Shown here: positions 40,991-52,470 of the stretch, one piece after another
Numbering within the stretch: position 1 is the stretch's first letter
Layout: each line of letters opens with the position of its first letter
Source of the DNA: Hypanus sabinus
Taxonomy: Eukaryota
Direction: 5' to 3'
DNA length: 64,000 nucleotides
NCBI RefSeq assembly: GCF_030144855.1
Contig: NC_082725.1
Span: 13,268,001-13,332,000, forward strand
Notes under the pieces: generated by a model
Told to the model about the DNA's origin: nothing
Database searches by the model: none
Seen by the model: the letters and a program-made list of their open reading frames with translations, nothing else
Made by a program: the position numbers and the translations under genes

Positions 40991-42704
40991 CATTTTGTAA
41001 TTCTGAAACATCAAACTAACTGAAAGAAAAGCATGGAGCCAGGAATAACATGTCTATTTCATTCCTTACTTTAGCAAGGCACACACCTACAACATGGTGG
41101 TATAATGATGTATGCCATTCACCTACTTTTACATATACCCCATAATGAATTATGTAATAAAATGCTTAATCAGCAATATTACTCAAATAATACTTAAATA
41201 TTAAATATACAACACTCCTCCCCGCTTAGCTATAAACTCCAACTCAATATAGAATACACATCAACTTAGATACATACACAAACACATTTATATATAGTAT
41301 ACTATATAATGCAACTACTATATAGACATCCTCAGCATAGTAAATCTTTTAATTTTTTTTAACTCAGGCCTGAAGATTTAATCACCGTGGAGGATTTCTT
41401 GCTCTTATGGGATAACGTGTTTCTGACAGGAGTGGGGGGGGGGGGGGGGTAGGGACACTACATTTGGCCGTGAAACGATCACTGGTTCTGTGTCCTCTTC
41501 CGCAGTGGTTGTAGGGGTTGACTCTGGGACTGCAGGAAGTGGCTCTGACAGCTCTGGACTCTCTTCTTTGCTAACAATCGACTCAACTGATCAATGGGTT
41601 GTCTCCAGAAATCGGACAGTGATCCAGTTCTGTCCTTCATCTTTTCAAGTATCCACTTTTGAACATCTCCATAGTCCCTCACCAGGACTGCTTGTCCAGC
41701 ATAGTGCTTTTGAGGTGGAGTGTGAGCAGATCCAAGCAAGAATGCAAGGGATGATCTGGGACCAGAACAGCTCGTGAGTTATTGGTTGTGGAGTGTGCTG
41801 CATTGCAATGTGCAAGGTGGAAATTAGCGAGCTTCTGATTCAGTGTCAGTGTAGTGTGCTCTGATAACATTGCTCACAGTGTATTCTTTAGGACAAACCT
41901 TTACACCAAGCCATTTGCAGCTGGGTGGTGTAGTGCAGGTGTAATATGTCTTATTCCATTCATTTTCAAAAATGACTGAAACTGTTCAGCAACAACTTGT
42001 GGTCCATTGACAGTATCTAAATGTTTTGGAACACTGGTCTTTGAAGAGGCTTCTCAACATGTGAACAGTGCACTAGACTGTAGTGGGGCTATTGGGAATA
42101 CTTCTGGCCAGTTTGCAGCTGCATCCACTATAATGAAACTTGTGTCCTTGAATGGTCCAGCAAAATCCACATGAATCCTCTTCGGGACAATGCAGGCCAT
42201 TCCCAGAGATAGCAGCTTCTGGATGTGTTGGCACCCTGAACAATTCATGGCATGTGGATCGATCTACTGATCTATCCTAGGCCACCAGAGAAAGCTTTGA
42301 GTCAATATTTTCATTTTGACCATGCCTAGATAACTGGCATGTGGCTCCTCCAACACTTTAGCTCCCAGCTTGGTTGGTACAACAACCCTCAATCCCCACA
42401 AGGTAAACTTCACCAAGTTCATCCTGATGCTAGCAAAAAATAGGGGAAGCTGGGATTTTGGTTGCACATTTTCTGTTGCCATGTAGACCTAAAACATTAT
42501 GGGGTACTTTCAGATTTCCCTTTGGATCATCTCTGCTATAATAGACTTACAATTTGCATTAGGGAGAATATATCAAGGAGTCTCCTCTCTTTAAATTTTT
42601 CAGGTGTTCCGTTTTCCCAATGGTTTACAGGACAATCCATCAACAATTCCACAGTTATCCTCTTGTATTCAATATTGTAATTGTGTCCTCCAAGAAAGAG
42701 CCCA
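40991..42704 (-). mobile_element. Ty3/Gypsy LTR retrotransposon remnant (end of RNase H, integrase, PPT, 3' LTR at about 40991-41214)
   Basis: Minus-strand fragments LFLGGHNYNIEYK, LWGLRVVVP...LGMVKMK, RIHVDFAGPF, WPEVFP. PPT AAGCGGGGAGGAG is followed by TGTTGTAT. Confidence 0.88.
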
Positions 42705-44609
42705 CTTCCGCATGTGCCCCCTGCTGACGGGAACAGTAAACATGCAGGGAGATGTACAAGTTTGGGATAATGAGGAGGAAAAAAGACAATACGAGAAGAA
42801 AAAAGCGGCGATATGGAAGGAGATACAGGCAGAAAGGATAAAGGTGGAACAGGCAAAGAGAGAAATGAAAGAAGAGATTGAACGGATGAAATACTTGAGG
42901 GAGGAAAAGGAGTATGAAGAGTATCGGTTATACTATAGAAATAAACAGACTAGAAAAGAAAGTGGCTCATCAGGGCAAGAAGAGATGAGGCATTCAAGAG
43001 GAAGTGGAAAAAAGATAGGAGATGAGAGTCTTGGAGAAACACAAGAGAGAAGTGAATCAAGCACGAGTAAGGATCATGAGGAGTCCCTGCCACAGGTGTA
43101 CAGACACGGACAGGAAGAAAGAGAAGGTGACTCATTGGAGGAGCAAGAGTTAAGTGGAGAGAGAGAGGATATGAGAATTTGTGGGGAAGAGGTAGGAGGC
43201 AGAAGCCTAGAAGAGCAGAAGGAAGCGGTAGGGGGGCGACTTGTGGAGGTAGAGAGAGAGCTAGATAAGTTACTGAGAGGGGATTGCCAGAAGAGATGCG
43301 AAAAATACTCCAGGGGCCAACCGAGTATTGAATCAAGACAGAAAGGAAGGACTCCACAGGGAGAGGAGGGAAGAAGAGGACCCCGGAGAAAATTTGTGTG
43401 GGAGGCAGTAAAGTCATACCCTGAGACAGATGGGGAGTCAGGTGAGGAGGAGAGCCAGGTCAGGTGGGAAGGAGGAGGAAGAATGATGCCGTTGTTAGTT
43501 AAAGGATCAGGACAAGCGCATTATATCCCTTGGGGATCCCAGGACCTAGAAGGGCTGAAAAACACTCTGCCCAATCTACATGAAGGAGCAGGGAAATGGA
43601 TTAGAGCCTTTGAAGAAGAAACGGCGGGAAGATTATTGGCTATGGGAGATTTGAAGGCACTATAAATAAGGTTGAAGGGAACCTCCAAATTTAACAAACT
43701 AATGGAAATGGCTGGCATAATAAACTCGAACGACCCTAAAACTGATGGAGACGGGTTTGACAGAGTGAGGCAGAGGGTATGGCAGGCCCTCAGGAAGCTT
43801 TATCCACCCAAAGTAGACCCAAACCCTTAAAGGGGGATCCACTGGGAGACACTGAAAACCCAGCAGCCTGCGTAGAAAACCAGTTGAAAAGGTGGAGACT
43901 GGAGACTGAGCAAGAGGTGGATAATAGCTTATTTATCACCACACTGTTCTGACATAGCATTTTGGATGCAATGCCTCCACAAGTAAAATCCAAACTGGAG
44001 GAAGTAGTTGGGCTGACATCAATGACCCCACAAGAATTTAGAGACCACATAGTTCATGTGGTTGAGAAGTACCGGAAAGACAAACGAAGGTTGGCTGAGC
44101 AGCAGGAAGAGGTGCAAAGAAAGTTAATACAGAAGCAGCTCAAAGAACTCAAAAAGGAAAAAGAGAAAAGTAAAAAGATGCTGCCAGCAACCACCTGTCC
44201 GAGTACAGCCATCGAACGGGATGAAGCACCACTATATGGAGGAACCGATCTTACTGTAAGACAAGGGCTGGAAAACCCTATGCCAATAATCAATGTCTTT
44301 GGAGGAGCATTCCCACAAATGCCCTATCAGGAACAGACTGAATTCAAACAGCCCAGACAGGACTGGAAGTCCCAAGGAGAGGGACAGAGGAGCTATGGGC
44401 AGAGGGGACCAGTGAGGAAACAGGGGGAAAGGGAGATAGAGAGATTGTGCTGGGGATGCAATCAGCCAGGTCACATGAGAAGAGATTGTCCGTTTACACC
44501 ATGGCCTGTCACACACCAGCAGGAACCGATAAGAAGGGAACTAAAGTTTAGCCAAGGACCAGCCCCCACAGGCCCAAGCGGACCTGTGAACCCCTATGCG
44601 AGGTATTAG
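42705..44609 (+). pseudogene. gag: ERV gag (N-terminus lost; stops and a frameshift at about 43663, 43825 and 43950)
   Basis: Capsid-like YIPWGSQDLEGLKNTLPNLHEGAGKWIRAFEEET, a coiled coil, and zinc knuckle CWGCNQPGHMRRDC (44448-44489); ends in TAG at 44607-44609. Confidence 0.9.
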
Positions 44610-47600
44610 GGGTGCCCCGAGAACTCGAGTGGGAAGGGACATTACCCAATGATAACAAGGGAGGCAGACGAGGAACCCATTGTTCAGGTTATGTTAGAAG
44701 GGCAACTGACACCAATGATGATAGATACTGGAGCCATGTACACTTGTGTACAGCCACAGTATGCCCTTCACCTTCCCATGTCAGGAAAGTTTATTAAGAC
44801 GGTAGGGTTCTCAGGGAAAACACAGATGACACAGTACGCGGCTCCAGTGCAGTTGAGAATGGGAAATAAAGGAATTGTTTTGCTGGTGCTAGTACTTAAA
44901 GGAACTCTGATTAATTTGTTAGGCAGAGATGCCTTATTGAAACTGGAATTAAAATTAGAATGCACCAGAAATGAGCTGAGTGTGGAAAGAGCAGGGGCTC
45001 AATTGATAGTGCGAGAAGACAAGAAGGCTAATGTCTTTTGGATAGGAGGCATTGCAGATCAGATTCAGGAAACCTGGGAAAAATGGAAAAAGGGCGTGCA
45101 GGCTATATTACTCAGGGCTGTAATGCCCAAATCTGAGCTACATTGTACAGTGATTTTTGATGAGACTCAGAACAGTGAGTTAGAGGAGAGGTGGCACCTG
45201 GAGGCATGTACCCAACAGCACCTGGAAGGGGAGTCTGTGATAATTGGAAAGCAAGGGGCAGCTTTACAAGTTAAGTGGAACACCTTTTTAGAAAAATGGT
45301 ACAGGATAACAGAGGCTGCGCCCCACGTAACGCTGTTGGTAAACAAGGGATATCAGTCTAAAGACTTAGGACCCTTAGCTAAGAGTGCTGAAACCATAAC
45401 AGTGTGGAGGAAAATCACGCCAGAGGTGTGGATATCAGAAGACAACAATTGCATTAAAATAATGGTAAGTGTAGATATGGTAGGGACAGTGAGAGAGGTC
45501 GAAATAACTCCCCAACCACACATGCCATTGCTGGGAAAGGAAAGAGGCCAGCAGAAAGATAGAAGGTTAGATGAGTTGCCATCTATTCTGTGGTCACAGC
45601 ATGACAGCTAGTCCGGTGGAAATAAGGCTGAAAAAAGGAGCAATTCCACCAGGAGACCACAATACTCTCTAAGACCAGAAGCAGAAGAGGGAATAGCATC
45701 GACAGTGCAGGGGTTGCTTAAAATAGGAGTGCTTAAAAGAACAAACAGTCCATGCAATACCCCATTGCTGCCAGTCTTAAAAGCAGATAAATCTAAGTGG
45801 AGATTGGTGCATGATTTGCGAGCAGTAAATGATGTGGTAGAGGACTGGCCAGCGGTAGTCCCCAACCCACACACACTTTTGACTAATATTTCACCAGAAG
45901 CAAGTTACTTTTCAGTGATTGATTTGTGTTCGGCTTTCTTCAGCATTCCTCTGGCCGACCAGTGTCAGTATCTGTTTGCATTTACTTACAGAGGTGCTCA
46001 GTATACCTTTACCAGAATGCCGCAAGGGTTTAAACATTCACCACGTTTTTAATCAGGTGTTGAAGGCAGACCTAGAGGGCATACCATTGGAAAGTACATT
46101 GTTACAGTATGTGGATGACCTGTTGATTTGCTCCCACAGTAAGGAACAGTGTGAGCAGGACACTATAACTCTGTTAGAGAAGCTGGCACATGGAGGACAT
46201 AAAGTATCCAAAAAGAAAGTGCAATTTTGCACGCAGCAAGTGGAATACTTAGGCAGGGTAATATCCAAGGGAGTGAAGGCAACAGCACCAGATCAGATTG
46301 AGGCAATAACTAAGGCCCCAAAACCCCAGACTGTAGGGCAGATGATGATGTTTTTGGGAATGGCAGGGTACAGCTCAGATTGGATAGGAGACTATGCTGA
46401 GATTGTGGCACCTTTGAGAAAGATAATGAAAGAAGCAGGACATACCAGTTTGAAGAACGGTTTACAGTGGAATGGAGAGGCAGAGATAGCTTTCAATACT
46501 ATTAAGCAAGAAGTGCAGTCAGCACCAGCATTAGCTTTGCCTGACTACAAGAAGGTTTTTCATTTGTATGTATCCAACCAACAGGAGGGTTATGTCACAG
46601 CGGTTCTAACACAAGAGACAGGCACAGGAAAAGCAAAGCAGCCGATAGCATACTACAGTACGAGACTAGATGAGGTGGCTCAGGGGTATCCACCCTGTTA
46701 TCAGGGATTGGCGGCGCTGTACCATGCATATGAAAAGGCATCATCTGTAACCCTGGGCTATCCTGTGACTCTGTACACACATCACAAAGTAGCAGAATTC
46801 CTGGAAAGAGGGAAATTCGTGCTGAAGCCAGCCAGGATAGCAGCGTATCAGATGCTATTGACATTTCCTGACATAAGTATACAGAGATGCACTACCAGTA
46901 ATATAGCCGATTTGGGCTATGAAGGAGAACCCCATGATTGTGTAGGGAAGACGATGGCATTTGCCAAATTGAGAGCAGATTTACGGTCAGAACCACTAGA
47001 GGATATAGATAAAAAGGTTCTGTTCGTAGATGGCTCTTGTTATAGGGATTATGATGGAAATCATGCAGGGTTCTCAGTAGTGCAGCAGGATCAGTCGAGC
47101 TATAAGATTATTAGGATGGAGTCCTGTCCCCAACCGTGTTCTGCCCAACTAGCGGAAATCAAAGCCTTGACAGCTGTGTGTGAAATGATGGAAGGTGAGA
47201 AAGTAGACATCTATACTGATACGGCATATGCTCATGGAGTATGCCATTTGTTCGGGTGTGGAAATAGAGGTTTTAAAAAAAGCAGTGGAGATCCCATACA
47301 ACATTGTCAGCAAATTCTAGACTTAATAAAAGCCATAATGAAACCTAAAGCATTGGCTATAGTAAAATGCCAGGCACATATAAAGGGAAATGATGTAATA
47401 ACAAAGGGAAATCAAGCTGCAGACGAGGCAGCCAGAAAAGCATCTGGATGTACTTCAGCTGTCATTGCCCCCCAGGTAAGCTTAGCTCCAGAACCTGTGG
47501 TAGAGGACCTGATTGAAATACAAGGCAAGGCAACTTTGGCAGAATAGACAATGTGGAGACGAAGGGGGGCCGAGCAGAACCCGGAAGGCTTGTGGAGCAT

Positions 47601-48167
47601 GGAAGACGGTTTGTTGGTAGCGCCCACCCCTCTACTGACATTTCTGATTTCAGAAGCGCATGGGATTGACCATTGTGCAAGGGGGGAAGTGATAAAGAAA
47701 ATAAAGAAGGATGGTTTTTGGTCAGCTTATTTACAGGCTTCATTGGACTTTGTCTTGTCACAGAGCGAGGTATGCGCACAGAATAATGTTCAGAAGGGAA
47801 TTACAACCCCAATAGGTCACATTCCTGTACCTGAAGGACCATTTAAACATCTAGTGATCGATTACGTAGACATGATAAAGACAGTGAGAGGGAAAGGACA
47901 CATGCTGGTAGTAATTGATCGATTTAGCAGATGGGTGGAGGCGGTACCTTCAAGAGATCAAGGGGCAAAGACAGTGGTAAAATTTCTGACAAATGAAGTG
48001 ATCCCAAGGTTTGGAATTTCTACAGAAGTTAGCTCAGACAATGGTTCAGCTTTTATCCAGAAAGTGGTCAAATTGGTACTACAAGCGCTGAGGATAAAGC
48101 AAAGATTTGGATGTGTATACCACTCTCAGTCGCAGGGCATGGTAGAGAGAATTAATGGAACCCTGAA
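44610..48167 (+). pseudogene. pol: ERV pro-pol: protease, 2H-phosphoesterase-like insert, RT, RNase H, truncated integrase
   Basis: DTG at 44724 and NLLGRD; HCT at 45141 and HVT at 45324; MPQG and YVDD (46108-46119); RNase H FVDGS, AQLAEIKAL, YTD; integrase H-H, IDY, SDNG, ERING. Disruptions at about 45610, 45650, 46045 and 47545. Confidence 0.93.
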
Positions 48168-48605
48168 GGAGGAGTTTGTGTGATGTTTGGAGAGAAGTGC
48201 TGTACTTTTATACCAAATAACACTAGTCCAGAAGGATCGTTTACTAAGGCAATGTATAAGTTGAAAAGTCTAAGAAAGGAAGTTAAACAGAATGTAGGGT
48301 CCAGACATCAGTTATTTGACTGGTTAGAAAGAAGACTCGGAGGATGGGGAGCATGGCTGACTAAAATGGCAATAACTGTCAGTATTGTATTGTTGAGCTG
48401 TGCGCTTGTGCTGTGCTGTTTTCTTCCTTGTCTCAAGTCTCTTGTAGTGCGTGCTGCAACCAAACGATTTCCGATGCTCATGGCAATTACTGAAGCAAGC
48501 TTAGTGGAGAAAGAAACACCGAAAATGTATCGTTACAACCTACAACACCTGCAGGATGAACAAGAGCAAAACGACAGTGTGGGAGTAGGTTGTAAGGGCT
48601 TCTGA
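48165..48605 (+). pseudogene. env: ERV env remnant (C-terminal half of TM subunit only)
   Basis: EGGVCVMFGEKCCTFIPNNT (gamma-type CX6CC plus an N-glycan site), heptad region, and membrane span AITVSIVLLSCALVLCCFLPCL. Confidence 0.9.
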
Positions 48606-48814
48606 GTTTTTTTCCCTGTCTCAGGTACAAAGGGACAGGTTTTTGGCTCAGCGGCCCAGGGTAACAGGGAGGGAATACTTTGAGGTCTTGGCGCAGAGAA
48701 TTATAGTTTAACCCGAGATTTGGGAATAAGTGCTTGAGTTTATTGGGGCTTTTGTGCGCGGACTCTTAGTCTTCTTTCTCTGTGTGAGACCCTATGGGTC
48801 TCAAAGGAGGGATA

Positions 48815-49231
48815 TATTGGAGTATAAAAGTTGCATTGTTCACTGTGTAACCAAAACTATGTAGTCAGCTTTGAGCTTGCTATTTGCTATGCATGTATCC
48901 AATTTAGTAGGAGAATGAAATCGCAAGAATGTAGAAGATAATGGTGTGTTAATGAGAAGTAGCTAAGAGATGTAGAGTAGAACATGATTAAATCAATGGG
49001 TAGAAACAATAGTGGCGGATGTACTTGTGATATGCAACTGTAGACCGATTGGATATGCTTATACAACGAAACCAGGAGATTGCTATAAAAAATGCTATGT
49101 ACAAGGATCAGTGGGCAATCAGCAACTAGCTCAATGACTGTCTCAGCTTTGATTTGCAAATTAAAGTTTAATACTTCTTGAAGAATCTTCTGCGTCTCCA
49201 GGTCGTTTGTGGGGCACGAGAAACCACGACA
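48815..49231 (+). repeat. ERV 3' LTR preceded by PPT (AAAGGAGGGA, 48803-48812)
   Basis: Starts TAttgg (degenerate TG) just after the PPT; TATAAAA at 49084, ATTAAA at 49160; ends ...ACGACA. No second LTR is present to confirm the boundaries. Confidence 0.75.
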
Positions 49232-49796
49232 AGTGGAGGAGTAGAGGGAAGTTTTTTGTTAGCCAAGAATATCAACAATGAGATGTGAATTGACGGAGTG
49301 TGGTCTCACAGATATGCATAACCACCCACACCTGCCTAATGCACAAAGTGAGAGAATGAATGATTTCTAAGATTTTGAATGTGAATGACATCTGGAAATA
49401 GAAAATATATTATGTGCTGAAAGGATGCACGGGAGCTTTAGGGTATCTTTGGGCAGAAGAAAATAAACTGGCTGATGTTGCTTAATCTAATACACACAAA
49501 ATGCTGGAGGAATTCAGCAAGTCAGACAACACTATGGAGGATAATGGGAGTTATATTTCAGCCGAGATCCTGCATCAGGATTGGAAAAGGGGTCAGAACC
49601 CGAATAAGAGGCCCAAAATTTGACTATTTCCCAACATCGATGCTGCACAACTTGCCAAGTTCTGCCAGCATTTTGTGTGTTGCTCAAAAATTTCCATCCT
49701 CTGCAAAAATGTTTGTATTAGTGTTCATTACCCATTATTATCCTGCAAATTAAACTGTATGTTATCATGTCATCATAGTAAGAGAAATAACCTTAC

Positions 49797-49944
49797 CCCT
49801 TATCGTTACTCGAGCTGGACTCTTCAACAGGCTTCTTCACCTTTTGTTTTTTTTGCAGATAATCCTTCAGTTTTTCAGCCCGATCAAGGTATTCTGTACA
49901 TTTAGTACGAAGGCTTTCTTTGGCTTTTGCACCTTGAGCTTCAT
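49797..49944 (-). CDS. VPS4B: VPS4B exon 3 (MIT domain and linker)
   Basis: 148 bp, [29 protein letters not shown]...NDK. Confidence 0.96.
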
Positions 49945-50725
49945 CTAACATTTATGAAAAACAAAATCATTTTCCATCTACTAAAATAAAAAGAATAATG
50001 TTTACTAACATCATGAAAACCATTTGCTGCACTACTTTTTTTTTCATTTTTGAGAATCCAGTAAACCTTAAGTAGAAAAGTCTGAGTGCAATTGTTCATT
50101 ATATTTAATTACACCATCCCTTGTTCCTCCCGAAGACAGACACTTATCTATTCCATCAGCTTACCAACACATAGGTCCCCCTACCCCTACACCCAACAAT
50201 AACCAAACTCTTTCACATTGAGTTATTGCTCAGAGACTAGGAAGCAAGAAAAAAATAACAGAAAAGTCCCTATTCCCCACAAGATGGTCAGCGTTCAAAA
50301 TTACACTGATTGTCTTTCAAAACAACCTGTTCATGACCCACACACTAATGATCTAATAATATTAATAAATCCTATCACTTTCTTCCTATCTAATAATCAC
50401 CCCTTTTCTTCACTGAAGCTGCATTGTCTATTTCAGCTTCCAACCATACCACAGAAATGTATTCGAAATTTCCCTTTTAATTTAATAAGCTATATGAATG
50501 ACACCTAGCTTTGGCGTATCTATAGCTCGTGAAACCTTATTTCTACATTCTGTCATCTTTTTTTCCATAACTTTAAAGACTTCCACCAGTGGGTGACAAA
50601 TGAGTACTTTTGAAAATATGTTACTTGATTTTATATTGGAACTTAAAAATACAATAAAGTGAAAATACAATGGAAAATCGGCAGTGTAATGTAATGAGCA
50701 GAAATCATTTAATAGAAATGCTTAC

Positions 50726-50837
50726 ATTTGACAACATGCAAGAAGTATTGCACTGCACACTGGTATAATCGTAGGGCTTCTTCATAGTTTTCTGCTTTAT
50801 CTTCCTGAGCTGCCTTGCTTGCAAGGTCAATACCTTT
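50726..50837 (-). CDS. VPS4B: VPS4B exon 2 (MIT domain)
   Basis: 112 bp, [43 protein letters not shown] and HVVK are VPS4B-like rather than VPS4A-like, and adjacency to KDSR supports the B paralogue. Confidence 0.96.
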
Positions 50838-52255
50838 CTAAGAGGAAAATACATTTGAACAATTATTAATGTAATTCAAGGTTTTATTTGCTACTGTTAA
50901 CCAAAACCAAACAAATCAAAAGGTTAAACAATTGAGTCTTTATGATTATGGTAAGTTAGTTAGTTAAGTCCATTACCCCTACTGGGCATAGGTTGTTGAA
51001 AATAGCTTGTCAGAGTCCTATGTTCTAGGCCAATCTTTCAAGCTATCCCCATCTTCTTGCTCTCCCAGGGATAAGGTCTTTGGAATATTCTGCTGCATTT
51101 CTGTAGCACTAGATTTTTATGGAAGGGGTTGCAAGCCTACCCAACCCTCCTCCTTTTGTGGTTGGGCTTAGGAATGTCCATGGTGGAGTAATGATTTTCA
51201 TAAGGAAGCATACTATTTCTTTTGTTGAAACAAGAAATTTCAAACTAATTCTTTATGGATAAAAAGTAATTTTCAAGATGGCCTTGCAATAGTCTTGTGA
51301 AGCATAAAGCACTGTGGAATGTGTTTGTACAACTGTTTGTGTGTTTGTTATGTGGTTCCTAGAGGGAAGTGCTGAAGGAGTATGGGAATGGGAGGGGCAT
51401 AACTGACGACAGCAATCTCACAAACTCAGGACATCCTGCGAATGTTAGAAATATTGAACAAACACACACAAAGTGCTGGACAAACTCAGCAATAAGGCAA
51501 CATCTACCGAGTTGATGTTTGGGGCCGTGACCTTTCAACAGGCTTGGAAAGGAAAAGGGCATGAGCCAGAATAAGGTGGTGGGGAGAGGAAGAGTACAAC
51601 CTGGCAGGTAATGGGGAAGTTAGGTATGTAGGTAGGGAGGGGGGCATGAAGTAATAAGCTGGGAAGAGACATGTAGAAAAGATGAAGGGCTGAAGGAGGA
51701 GGAAACTGATAAGAAAGTGGATCATGGAAGAAAGGGAAATAGGTAAACTTATAAACTAGACTCAAACATTTACACATGTTTTTGATTAGCAGTTTAGAGA
51801 CCATGCATAAAATGCCAATGTATTCTGTAAAAAAAATAAGCACTGTGACTAAATAGACAATTAAAGTTAAAAAAGCATTTTAGTTGGGCCTCATTTGAAG
51901 TGTCATGTGAGTTTTGATCACCACACATGACATGTATCGCAGAAATTGACATATTTTCTGTATCTCCACCCTAAGCACAGAGCAAGGTGAAATAATACAA
52001 ATCATTAATAAATCTGATCTGGGATTTGGGAGAAACATCTTTACAAAGAATAGAATGTGAAACACCCTTGCAAACAATACAAAAACTTATGAAAACTCTA
52101 GAAAAGCAACTGTATGGAATGAAAAGAGATATACACTTGGGAGATTAGGCAGCATCTGCAGAGCAAGTTAACTTTTCATATGGATATCCCAAAGATCATC
52201 GACCTGAAACTTTTAACTTTTAAATCCCTCCGAAAACATTGCCTGACCTAGTACA

Positions 52256-52470
52256 CACAAAATGCTGGTGGAACACAGCAGGCCAGGCAGCAACTATAGG
52301 GAGAAGTGCTGTCGACGTTTCAAGCCAAGACCTGTCCTGACGAAGGGTCTTGGCCCAAAACGTCGACAGCGCTTCTCCCTATAGATGCTGCCTGGCCTGC
52401 TGTGTTCCACCAGCATTTTGTGTGTGTTGTTGTTTGAATTTCCAGCATCTGCAGATCTCCTCGTGTTTGC
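52256..52470 (+). mobile_element. Young palindromic Penelope-derived non-autonomous element with 15-bp TSD
   Basis: Inverted arms of about 80 bp; flanked by GCCTGACCTAGTACA at 52241-52255 and 52471-52485; central hammerhead-like motif. Confidence 0.85.

Larger units (their letters stand above)
42705..49231 (+). mobile_element. Defective class I (epsilon/gamma-like, fish-type) endogenous retrovirus, 5'-deleted, antisense in VPS4B intron 3
   Basis: Order is gag, pro-pol, env remnant, PPT, LTR. Single CCHC knuckle, in-frame TAG between gag and pol, YVDD RT, RNase H, integrase and CX6CC env TM. Confidence 0.95.

Noticed and set aside
42604-43665. Intact 353-aa host or Gag protein
   Set aside because: Chimeric frame starting in antisense Gypsy sequence at a GTG and ending at a premature stop inside capsid.
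48180-48605. Domesticated syncytin-like env gene
   Set aside because: It lacks the signal peptide, SU, furin site and fusion peptide; it is a deletion remnant.
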